DNA from: an uncultured bacterium
GTDB taxonomy: Bacteria > Zixibacteria > MSB-5A5 > JAABVY01 > JAHJOQ01
Direction: 5' to 3'
DNA: 43,884 nucleotides
NCBI GenBank assembly: GCA_965369655.1
Contig: CBDUQR010000024.1
Coordinates: forward strand, 1 to 43,884
Of the stretch, positions 1 through 8,571 are shown piece after piece (positions within the stretch are counted from its first letter, which is position 1; each line of letters opens with the position of its first letter). The position numbers and the translations under genes are program-made. Below the pieces are notes generated by a model. That model was not told the origin of the DNA and did no database searches. It saw nothing but the letters and a program-made list of their open reading frames with translations.

Positions 1-9
1 TATTCTTCA

Positions 10-121
10 GTAGGTCGGCGTTCCGCAGCAGGCGAAGCCTGCAAGAAACCCGACTACCGGTCAACAAGATAGAGGTGTCGCGTTTCTCACCTGATTGCAT
101 CATGTTCGGAACACGACCTAC
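10..121. repeat. Inverted pair of GTAG-type REP-like palindromes (REPIN-like doublet)
   Basis: 10-54 GTAGGTCGGCGTTCCG...GAAACCCGAC and the reverse complement of 77-121 GTAGGTCGTGTTCCG...GAAACGCGAC share both arms; internal hairpin GCAGGC-GAA-GCCTGC at 28-42. Confidence 0.65.
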
Positions 122-146
122 TTTTTCGGACAGCCTTAATTAGCGC

Positions 147-175
147 TTGCGGATACTACCGATATGGGTTATGAT
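147..175 (+). promoter_or_regulatory. Putative sigma70 promoter of the membrane protein gene
   Basis: TTGCGG-17 bp-TATGAT; AGGAG at 199-203 downstream. Confidence 0.5.
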
Positions 176-238
176 TATCTCTAAGTTTGTCGCAAAACAG
201 GAGTTAGTATCATCGAAAAAGCTGCCGCACATAAGTTT

Positions 239-2551
239 ATGTTCACACTGACAGCCGCTCTCTGCGTGATCGCAATTGCAGCGCTTGTAACGGGTCATCT
301 CATTGAGTTCGACCTGTGGGGAATGTCTGCCTCGAAATGCCTCGGATCCGCGGTCTTCTTCCCGTTGATCGCAGTTGGAGTGATAGCGTTTCTGCTGACC
401 GCTTTTCGAAGAGAATCGAACATCGAGACCGAGATCGAACGCTCGCCCAGCATAATCGTTGCGGGTGCGATCGTTGCAATAGTCGGTGCGATAATCATCT
501 GGCTCACCTCCTCCGGGGGATTCTTCTGGCGAAACATTTTCTCAGGACCGATCTCGATATTCGGCAGCTACAGCGATGTTGTTCGCGCCTACTCCGATCT
601 GCCACCCGATTTCGACTTGATCGATCTCTGGCAGCAGACAGCGTTCCAGCGAATCCTCGCAGCGCTACTCGGCGGTGTATACATTTTCCTGACAGCGCTT
701 CTGACCAGAGAGATATTCGAGAAAGCCGGAACCAGATTCCTGGCGTTTCTATTCATTGCCACAACCGGAATGATCGCTGTCTTCAGCCGTCCCGGCGATT
801 TCGCGGTTATGCTGGTTCTGATGATTCTGAACGCATACCTGACGATTCTATTCTTCAAAGGTAAGACATCATTCTATGTCGCTGGGATCGTGCTGCTGAT
901 CTCAGCCGTTTTTCATCCCATGTTCGTGCTATTCGCCGTGTCACTTCTCTATGTGAGACTTTCAGGCAGACTCCTCGGCGGCGGCAAAGCCGGGCTGCCG
1001 ATCCTCATGCTCATAGTCCTGGCCATACTCGGCGCCGCACTGTCCCTGCTGCAAATCGAGCCATTCACCTCGGTATTCCGCCCCGAGACATCGGCGTCGC
1101 CGGTATTCGGCTCTGCGCACATCTGGGGACTCGCCAATCAATTGATGATGGTCTCGCACATCATCTGGCTGCTTTCGCTGATCACTTGTATCTACGCGTT
1201 TGTTTCCGCGCGAGTGACCGACCTGCACGGCATGCTGTTTGGCGCATGGTTCATCGCATCATCATCGTTCTACGTATTCAGTTATTCACACTATGGCTGG
1301 GTGTTCGGCTACCCCGGCACAGTTATTGTCCTCCTGCCGTCGGTGTTGTGGCTCGCTTATTTCCTGGTCGACATGGCTCCAGGGCGAGCGCAGAAATCCC
1401 TGACGCTGCTGATTATCGTCAATGTCCTGACCACCGTACCACTGCTCGCGGCCGTACACTCCAGCGACACATCGGTCGATCTGTACGCCGACATCCTGAA
1501 TCAGGATAATGCTTTCAATAAGAGTTTTGAGGACGGAAAAGGCGCGCTCCTGATGGGAATCATGCTCAGCGAGGAGCTTCAGGAATACGACAGAGCGCTG
1601 CCTTATTTGCAATCATACAGACAGAGCTACCCTATCGATCCGGTCGGACGCTATCACTACGGCTGGACTCTTACAAACGTTGACAGGGGGCTTGTTAAAG
1701 GCGTCGATGTTCTCAAGAAACTCGAGGGACACCTCGCAGAAACCGGCAAGCTTTTCTGGGAATTCAATTACCGAATCGGCTGGAAGCGGGTGGTTGGACA
1801 CAATTATGTGTACGGCTCTATTGCGCTGGAGCGTGCTGCGACCGAGGATAATACACTTGAAATATCAAGGTTGCTTGCCTCCGCCTACGAGAACATGAGA
1901 GTTTGGGATTCGACGGCCTCGAAATACGAGCAGATGATCGACTTCGGCGACTCGTCGAAGGAGAACTTCCATAAGGTCGCCATCGCTTCGGCAAGTCTCG
2001 ATGATTCGACAAGAGCAATCGAGTATTTCAAGTATGGTATCGAGCATTTCCCCAACTACATGGATAACTATGAATACATGGCACGCTACTATTTCCAGAA
2101 AGAGATGTATGATAGTCTCGAAATGCTGGCGGAGCACGGCCTCAAACACCTCGGACACTCTATTGAACTTGAAGCGTCTATGATACTGGTCTACCACTAC
2201 ACTGATCGACCCGAACAGCGCGACAGTCTTTATGCCGAATTCATGGACTATTTCCGCATATACCCGACCGCTCTTTATGACTGGGGGATTTTCCTTGAAG
2301 AAAATGGCCTTGTATACCAAGGTCGAAAGATGCAGGCTGCCGATATGACTGTCGCTAACTCCAATCTGCGTGTAATCCTCGGCTTTTATCACCACTACAA
2401 AATGACCGGGATTCCAGATTCGGCAAGAATTCTAATCGATCGCTTAATCGAATTCGATTCTGCGGGAGTTTTCATTGAAGTGACTGACGCGGTTCGGCAT
2501 TTCGATACGATCCTCTGGCCGGATGAACGATTCAGACGCGACTCCGACTGA
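239..2551 (+). CDS. Polytopic membrane protein with C-terminal TPR-like helical domain (possible GT-C-type glycosyltransferase-like)
   Basis: 770-aa ORF; about 11-13 hydrophobic segments in the first ~410 aa, then helical repeats with TPR-like patterns (YDRALPYL, RAIEYFKYGIEHFPNY). Confidence 0.7.
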   Translation: MFTLTAALCVIAIAALVTGHLIEFDLWGMSASKCLGSAVFFPLIAVGVIAFLLTAFRRESNIETEIERSPSIIVAGAIVAIVGAIIIWLTSSGGFFWRNIFSGPISIFGSYSDVVRAYSDLPPDFDLIDLWQQTAFQRILAALLGGVYIFLTALLTREIFEKAGTRFLAFLFIATTGMIAVFSRPGDFAVMLVLMILNAYLTILFFKGKTSFYVAGIVLLISAVFHPMFVLFAVSLLYVRLSGRLLGGGKAGLPILMLIVLAILGAALSLLQIEPFTSVFRPETSASPVFGSAHIWGLANQLMMVSHIIWLLSLITCIYAFVSARVTDLHGMLFGAWFIASSSFYVFSYSHYGWVFGYPGTVIVLLPSVLWLAYFLVDMAPGRAQKSLTLLIIVNVLTTVPLLAAVHSSDTSVDLYADILNQDNAFNKSFEDGKGALLMGIMLSEELQEYDRALPYLQSYRQSYPIDPVGRYHYGWTLTNVDRGLVKGVDVLKKLEGHLAETGKLFWEFNYRIGWKRVVGHNYVYGSIALERAATEDNTLEISRLLASAYENMRVWDSTASKYEQMIDFGDSSKENFHKVAIASASLDDSTRAIEYFKYGIEHFPNYMDNYEYMARYYFQKEMYDSLEMLAEHGLKHLGHSIELEASMILVYHYTDRPEQRDSLYAEFMDYFRIYPTALYDWGIFLEENGLVYQGRKMQAADMTVANSNLRVILGFYHHYKMTGIPDSARILIDRLIEFDSAGVFIEVTDAVRHFDTILWPDERFRRDSD

Positions 2552-2609
2552 TACATCATCCACTACAGGTGTGTTGAATAACCCGTGAAACTCGGAAGCT
2601 GCAACCGTC

Positions 2610-3004
2610 GTCATCACGAGGAGCTACAGCGACGTGGTGATCTCACTCGTCACCCCTGCACAGGCAGGGGTCCAGACAAGCTTTTCCAGTCTGTAACATT
2701 GCGCTTTCTGAAGCTGGTTCTGGATTCCCGTCTTCACGGGAATGACGAGGACCAGTAACTGACATGCTTGATATTGCCACACTCCCTGCGGTCGCTCGCA
2801 ATGACAGCAAGACTCAGTGGTACTGTGGGTGGCAGACGTCCTCGCGAGTCCTGAGCTTCGAAGGGTCTGCCCCATCTTGCGCTAACATCGGCGGGGTGGC
2901 ATGCACAAACTTGTTTGGGCATGAGTACCAACACGCCCAAGCACAGCTTGAGCGTGCCACCCATCGGCATTCTGCAGGTCAAGCGGGCAGGCCGCTTGAC
3001 CTAC
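2610..3004. repeat. Mosaic of REP-like palindromic repeats (nested inverted pairs of several families)
   Basis: Pairs 2610-2644/2770-2805, 2646-2676/2719-2749 and 2894-2923/2932-2962; GGCAGAC...GTCTGCC at 2831-2871; 11-bp hairpin at 2976-3002 followed by AC (GTAGGTC start on minus strand). Confidence 0.8.
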
Positions 3005-3009
3005 ATGGA

Positions 3010-3462
3010 CTATTCGGACCCTGGTTTTTTTCGTTTCATCCGGATTGCGACTTCATCGGTATCTTTCTGCAGCGCGAGATTGAGATCATGAGTATACTGG
3101 TCTCTCCTGATCTCCTTGAGGCGTTCGTATTTTTTCACTTCTCTTGATGATTCCTCCAGCTCCTTACGGCGCTTGTCGGTCTCTTCCGACTGGCGCTCCA
3201 CGACCCCTGACTGATGCCTGACGAGGAAGCCAAGCTGGCCCATGTATTCGCTGGTTCTGCGGAGATTCTCCGGCTCGACTCTGCGCAGACGTTTGGAGCG
3301 GTCTTTTGCGCGACGCAGTGAGACCTCTGTCTTGAGCGTCTCGAGTCTGCTTCGTTCCTCAGCTTCCTGTTGCTTAGCCTGCGCGAGGCGACGCTGAGAT
3401 TGTTTCTTCCGATCCTCTTTCAGCTTCTTCAACTTGTCGAGGCGGAACTTGAATTTCTTCAC
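3010..3462 (-). CDS. fliJ: Flagellar export protein FliJ
   Basis: 150 aa coiled coil, N-terminus MKKFKFRLDKL, C-terminal QKDTDE, directly after fliI; GTG start. Confidence 0.9.
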   Translation of the reverse strand: MKKFKFRLDKLKKLKEDRKKQSQRRLAQAKQQEAEERSRLETLKTEVSLRRAKDRSKRLRRVEPENLRRTSEYMGQLGFLVRHQSGVVERQSEETDKRRKELEESSREVKKYERLKEIRRDQYTHDLNLALQKDTDEVAIRMKRKKPGSE

Positions 3463-4771
3463 GGTCGATTATTGCCTTGAGATGTTCGATGTCTGCTTCA
3501 AAGTCACTCGTTTCCGTCATATCCTGAGTAAGGAAATTGTTGATGTCGCCAAGTTTCGCGATTGCCTCGTCCGTGAGCGCATGTGATCCTTTCACATAGG
3601 CACCGATGGTGATGAGGTCTTCCGAGTCGCGATATGCTGCGAGCAGTTCCCGCACTCTTCCCGCGACTCGACGGTGCTCATCGGTGACGATATCGGGCAT
3701 GACTCTCGACACGGAATCGAGCACATCCACCGCAGGATAATGATTGCGATTCGCGAGTCTCCGCGACAGCGTCACATGTCCATCCAGTATGGATCGCACG
3801 GCATCGGATACCGGCTCATTGAAATCATCACCCTCGACCAGTACCGTGTATATACCGCTGATGCTTCCCTTCGCGGTGACACCCGGCCTCTCGAGAAGCT
3901 TCGGAAGAAACGCGAAGACCGATGGGGTGTAGCCTTTGGTTGCCGGCGGTTCGCCAACCGCCAATCCGATTTCGCGTAACCCCATTGCGATCCTCGTGAT
4001 CGAATCGATCATCAGGATAACATCTTTGCCCTGATCTCGAAAATACTCAGCGATCGTAGTTGCAACGAGTGCGCCCTTGACTTTAATCAGGGCTGGCTGA
4101 TCCGATGTCACAGCCACAACGACAGAGCGTTTCAAGCCATCCTCGCCAAGGTCTCGTTCGAGGAAATCCCTCACTTCGCGCCCGCGTTCGCCGATCAGGC
4201 CGATCACGTTCACATCCGCCCTCGAATGCCTGGCGATCATGCCCATCATAACGCTCTTCCCTACACCTGATCCGGCGAAAATTCCGAGCCTCTGCCCCTT
4301 GCCGCATGTTACCATTGAATCGAGTGAGCGCACGCCTGTGACGACAGGCTCGGCAATCCTGATCCGCTTCAGTGGATGGGGCGGCGTGGCGTACACATAG
4401 CTTTTATTGTCGCAACAGAGAGGTCCTTTGTCATCGAGTGGCTTTCCGAGACCGTCGAGGATTCTCCCGAGGAGTTCATCTCCGGTTTCGACACAAAATG
4501 TCTCGCCAGTCGCCTCTACAACCGAACCCGGATTGATACCGCTCATATCCCCCAGCGGCATCAACATAACCTGCCGGTCCTTGAATCCGACCACCTCGGC
4601 GAGAACAGGCTCACCTCCCTCGCATGGGAGTATCCTGCAGAGTTCGCCGATTGACGTTGAGGGTCCCGTTGAGGAAATTACAAGGCCGATAACCCGCGCA
4701 ACTTTCCCCTGCTGTCTGAGGGTCACGGCGCCTTCCACCGCGTCGCTGTATTTTCTGAAGATATCCGGCAT
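3374..4771 (-). CDS. fliI: Flagellar export ATPase FliI
   Basis: Walker A GIFAGSGVGKS, GERGREV, GEPPATKGY, ILDGH motifs; between fliH and fliJ. Confidence 0.96.
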   Translation of the reverse strand: MPDIFRKYSDAVEGAVTLRQQGKVARVIGLVISSTGPSTSIGELCRILPCEGGEPVLAEVVGFKDRQVMLMPLGDMSGINPGSVVEATGETFCVETGDELLGRILDGLGKPLDDKGPLCCDNKSYVYATPPHPLKRIRIAEPVVTGVRSLDSMVTCGKGQRLGIFAGSGVGKSVMMGMIARHSRADVNVIGLIGERGREVRDFLERDLGEDGLKRSVVVAVTSDQPALIKVKGALVATTIAEYFRDQGKDVILMIDSITRIAMGLREIGLAVGEPPATKGYTPSVFAFLPKLLERPGVTAKGSISGIYTVLVEGDDFNEPVSDAVRSILDGHVTLSRRLANRNHYPAVDVLDSVSRVMPDIVTDEHRRVAGRVRELLAAYRDSEDLITIGAYVKGSHALTDEAIAKLGDINNFLTQDMTETSDFEADIEHLKAIIDREEIQVPPRQVEEAERGSEETISASPRAG

Positions 4772-5415
4772 CAGTTGTCGGAATGGCTGGCGTTGGCTTT
4801 TCTCAGGGAGTCTGTGATTGCCTGAATCTCTGTTTCGATGCGTGCATCGACATTTCCCGAATCAGTTTCGAGCACGCATCCTCCCGGAGCAATTCGTCTG
4901 TCTGATTCGATCGTCACGCGTTGAATCCTGTCATCTATCGCGTACAAATCATCGAGCCTTTCTCTCACGAATGATTCCTGCTCCGGCGACACTTTGATTA
5001 CGAGTGTCGAACGATCAAGCAACAGACGAACTGCCTTGCGCGCAGCATCGATCACCAACTCCGGATCGAATTCAGCCTTGACTCCAATGATCTTCTTCGC
5101 AATTTCCATCGCCAGATCGATGACCTCAGACTCAGCCTGCCGGTAGATTTCCGCCCGCTGAGCCTCGACGTCGGCTGCGAGTCTATTGAAACTTTCGGCG
5201 ACCTTGCGGGCCTCCTGCATCCCATCTTCGAGTCCCGACCTGCGGCCTTCCTCATGACCCCTGCGGTACGCTTCTTCTTTTTCGACTCTGGATCGCTCCA
5301 GAAGTTCGATGTATTCTTTTTCAAGGACGTATTTGGGAGCGGTGACTGCGTCGTCTCTCAGACCGATTGTGAACTTCTCGTCAGAGACGCGAACTCTGCT
5401 GAGAAGGTTAGACAA
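4771..5415 (-). CDS. fliH: Flagellar assembly protein FliH
   Basis: GxxxG repeats (AYRRGHEEGRRSGLEDG), C-terminal GGCVLETDSGNVDARIE; start moved to TTG at 5415 overlapping the fliG stop, with GGAAGG upstream. Confidence 0.9.
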   Translation of the reverse strand: MSNLLSRVRVSDEKFTIGLRDDAVTAPKYVLEKEYIELLERSRVEKEEAYRRGHEEGRRSGLEDGMQEARKVAESFNRLAADVEAQRAEIYRQAESEVIDLAMEIAKKIIGVKAEFDPELVIDAARKAVRLLLDRSTLVIKVSPEQESFVRERLDDLYAIDDRIQRVTIESDRRIAPGGCVLETDSGNVDARIETEIQAITDSLRKANASHSDN

Positions 5416-6424
5416 CGATGTCTTCCTTCCCGCCGCGACCCGATATGACAATCTGCCCTTCCTCTTCAAGCCTGCGGATCGACTCAACGATTCGTTGCTG
5501 TGCCGCTTCCACATCGGAGAGCCTCATCGGACCCATGAATTCCATTTCTTCTTTGATCATCACCGACACTCGCTCCGACACATTGCTGTATATCTTGCTT
5601 TTGACTTCATCCGATGTCGCCTTGAGGGCAATCGAGAGGTCCTTCGTTTCGACTTCCTTGAGAAGGCGCTGCACAGAGCGATCATCGAGAAGCACGAGAT
5701 CCTCGAAGATGAACATCATATTCTTGATTTCCGCTGCCAGCTCAGAGTTCTCGGCCTCCAGCGTTTGAAGGATGTTCTTCTCTGACGAAGTCTCCACCAG
5801 ATTGAGAATATCTGCGATGGCTTTCGCTCCTCCGGACACCGAGAGATCGCGCATGGAGCTGCTCGCAAAGTGAGACTCAAGCGTGCTCTCTATCTGCTTG
5901 AGTATCTCAGGGGAGATTTTCTCCATGGTAGCGACCCGTATGGCAACTTCCGACTGGAGCTCGGGAGGTAACTCGGAAAGGACCGCAGCCGACTGCTGTG
6001 CATTAAGTTGTGTCAGGATCAGCGAAATGGTCTGTGGGTGCTCATGCTGAATAAACTGGACAAGTTGTTTCGGATCGATATTCTGCAGGAGTTTGAAGCC
6101 GGAAGTGATCAATGAGCTCTCCAGCTTGTTCAATAGCCCGACTGCCCTGCTCTTACCGACAGCTTTCTCAAGGATCTCCCTTGCGAAATCTATGCCACCC
6201 TGCGAGATATACTGTCTCGCAAGGTAAATATCATGGCACTCTTCTATGACCTGATCCTCGATTTCCGACGGCACGTCTCGCATATTCGCGATCTCGACAG
6301 TCAACTTCTCGAGATCGACTTCTCCCAAATCCTTAAGAACCTCAGAGGCGATCTCTGTGCCAAACGCGATCAGCGCTATGGCAGCTTTTTGTGTGTTTGT
6401 CAACTCTTCGTATTTGACCGACAT
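5408..6424 (-). CDS. fliG: Flagellar motor switch protein FliG
   Basis: QKAAI, GGIDFA, EHPQTI, MFIFEDL, GPMRLSDVEAAQQRIV motifs. Confidence 0.97.
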   Translation of the reverse strand: MSVKYEELTNTQKAAIALIAFGTEIASEVLKDLGEVDLEKLTVEIANMRDVPSEIEDQVIEECHDIYLARQYISQGGIDFAREILEKAVGKSRAVGLLNKLESSLITSGFKLLQNIDPKQLVQFIQHEHPQTISLILTQLNAQQSAAVLSELPPELQSEVAIRVATMEKISPEILKQIESTLESHFASSSMRDLSVSGGAKAIADILNLVETSSEKNILQTLEAENSELAAEIKNMMFIFEDLVLLDDRSVQRLLKEVETKDLSIALKATSDEVKSKIYSNVSERVSVMIKEEMEFMGPMRLSDVEAAQQRIVESIRRLEEEGQIVISGRGGKEDIVV

Positions 6425-6430
6425 ATCATG

Positions 6431-7966
6431 CTACTCAGTCATTATTGTACGAATTACACGCGCTATTTCGTCCGGCTTTTCTTCGGCAGTCTTCTTCATC
6501 TGATCGACAAGCCGCGCTCTCTGGGGTTGCACCACCACTGAGGCTTCTTCAGGAGATGGAGGCGGAGGTGGGGTCGGAAGCGACGGCATGTATCTGAAGA
6601 ACGCCTGTATGGTCTTCTTGATCTTCTTCTTACTGTAGAAGAAGATTAATATTCCGGCAAGCACCATCAGCACCTTCTTGCCAACATCCATGTAGAAGGT
6701 CCGGGTGGCGATCTCATCGAGTCTCTTCTGCTCCTCGAGCATGCCGTTGTCCTGGAACTGCATATTCATCACTTCAATTTTGTCGCTTCGCGTATCATCG
6801 TAACCAACCGCGTTCTTCACGATCGCCGTGATTCTGTCAAGCTCCTCACTGCTTCTCGGTTGATACTGCAGGACTTGTTCACCTTCTTCACCCGGCGCCA
6901 TTTCATAGTTGCCGTCGACAAGCACAGCCACAGTCAGCTTGTCTATGCCGCCGACGGAACTGACAACTCGCTGGATCGTCTTGTTCACCTCGTAGTTCGT
7001 CACCGTAGTCTCGATAGTGCTGGAATTCTGCACGTTTGACGAATCGAGACCGCTGGAACTGGCGTCGGAATTCGTCTCCGATGTTCGTTCCTCGCTCCTG
7101 ACTGCAAGGTTGTCGGGATCATACGTCTCCGATGTCTCTTCGACCTGATCGAAATCGAGCTTTGCTGTGATTCTAACGATCGATTTGCCGACTCCGAAGG
7201 AATTATCGAGCAGGCTCTGGGCTTTGCGCTCAAGGTATCTTTCGACGCTCTGTCGGAGTTCGAGCTGCGAACTGGAAAGCACCGCAATGTCATCCGACCC
7301 ACCGGGCTGTGTCAGCAGATTTCCGTCATAATCGATAATCGATATATTCCCGGGCGAAAGCCCTTCAACGGAAGATGCAATCAAGTGAGATATGCCCCTG
7401 ACCTGTCGCTTCGTAAGCGAGCCGCCCGCCGACAACTTCACGAGCACAGATGCAGTTGCGGGTTCTTTGTCTTCCTCGAAGAGATGATCCTCCGGCATGA
7501 CGACATGCACCCTCGCGGCTTCGACGTCCGAGAGTTCCATAACCGACTTTGCGAGTTCACCCTCGAGGGCACGGCGGAAATTGATTTTCTGAAGAAACTC
7601 TGTCATGCCGAGATTAGTCTTGTCGAACAGCGAATAGCCGACAGTTCCCGACTTGGGAAGGCCGAGAGCCGCCAGCCGTATTCTCGCCTTGTAGACAACG
7701 CTCGAAGGAACCTCGACCGCCTGTCCGCCGTCTGTAATCCGGTACGAAACATCCATTTCGTCAAGCTTTTCGAGCACTTCCGAAACTGAGGCGCTGTCGA
7801 GGTCTTTGTACAGGGTGACATATGTCACGCTCTTGAATACGCCGAACAGAAAACACGATGCAACGATCAACGCTGCAACAAACGAGACTATCAGAATCAT
7901 CTGCGATCCTGTCATGTTCCTGACTATCGCAGAGAAGTGATTATAGGTGTGTCTTAAAATATCCAT
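6431..7966 (-). CDS. fliF: Flagellar M-ring protein FliF
   Basis: Two TM segments, GYSLFD, RALEGELA, ARVHVV, ASV, NYEVNK motifs. Confidence 0.96.
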   Translation of the reverse strand: MDILRHTYNHFSAIVRNMTGSQMILIVSFVAALIVASCFLFGVFKSVTYVTLYKDLDSASVSEVLEKLDEMDVSYRITDGGQAVEVPSSVVYKARIRLAALGLPKSGTVGYSLFDKTNLGMTEFLQKINFRRALEGELAKSVMELSDVEAARVHVVMPEDHLFEEDKEPATASVLVKLSAGGSLTKRQVRGISHLIASSVEGLSPGNISIIDYDGNLLTQPGGSDDIAVLSSSQLELRQSVERYLERKAQSLLDNSFGVGKSIVRITAKLDFDQVEETSETYDPDNLAVRSEERTSETNSDASSSGLDSSNVQNSSTIETTVTNYEVNKTIQRVVSSVGGIDKLTVAVLVDGNYEMAPGEEGEQVLQYQPRSSEELDRITAIVKNAVGYDDTRSDKIEVMNMQFQDNGMLEEQKRLDEIATRTFYMDVGKKVLMVLAGILIFFYSKKKIKKTIQAFFRYMPSLPTPPPPPSPEEASVVVQPQRARLVDQMKKTAEEKPDEIARVIRTIMTE

Positions 7967-7979
7967 GCTACTAGTCTAC

Positions 7980-8285
7980 CTACACTGGTGTCCTGATGAT
8001 TTCTCTGTATGAATCGAGCAACTTATTCCTGATTTCCATGAGAAGCTCAAATGCAACGGAGGCTTCTTCGGCAGCGAGCATTACCTGATGTACATCAGTA
8101 ATTTCACCTACTAAAAATTTCTTCTCGATCTCACTTGAATTCATCTGCAGATCGTTGACATCCTTGACAAATGATTTCAGCATAGATCCAAATGACTCAC
8201 CGTCAACCTTTTTCATCGCACTCAGTTTATCGAGTGCCGGCAAGGGCGAGATATGACTGACCGGATTGACTTTGAATGAACTCAT
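7980..8285 (-). CDS. fliE: Flagellar hook-basal body protein FliE
   Basis: DVHQVMLAAEEA...EIRNKLLDSYREI C-terminus. Confidence 0.95.
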   Translation of the reverse strand: MSSFKVNPVSHISPLPALDKLSAMKKVDGESFGSMLKSFVKDVNDLQMNSSEIEKKFLVGEITDVHQVMLAAEEASVAFELLMEIRNKLLDSYREIIRTPV

Positions 8286-8563
8286 GCTTTGACATCCAGG
8301 AGCTTGCCGAGAGTCTGGCTTGCAGAGCCACCCGTCGCACGCGCTGATCTTCTCGTATTCGCTGTAAACACCTCGGAGAGAAACTGCCGCTCAGCCTTCG
8401 ACAGGTAGTCAAGAAACTTCGCGCCATCGATCTCGGCATTAGCACCGACAGACGAACCTTCCTGGTGAACCTTGCTCACATCGGTCGTCCGGGTGGACGT
8501 ACTTCTCTTGAATTGCGAGGCGATGTCTCTGTATGCCTGAACGGGATCAGAATGTATCTTCAC
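8282..8563 (-). CDS. Small hypothetical protein in the flagellar operon
   Basis: 93 aa, GTG start with AGGAGG RBS, ATGA overlap with fliE; C-terminal LGKLLDVKA. Confidence 0.8.
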   Translation of the reverse strand: MKIHSDPVQAYRDIASQFKRSTSTRTTDVSKVHQEGSSVGANAEIDGAKFLDYLSKAERQFLSEVFTANTRRSARATGGSASQTLGKLLDVKA

Positions 8564-8571
8564 GGAGCCTC

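Noticed and set aside
2610-3004. CRISPR array or integron attC cassette array
   Set aside because: Units are inverted rather than direct, differ in sequence, are not regularly spaced, and no cas or integrase gene is present
2624-3147. ORFs 2624-2875(-), 2734-2982(-) and 2764-3147(+)
   Set aside because: They are translations of the palindromic repeats (VIPVKTGIQ, VIASDRRECGN); no protein-family motifs
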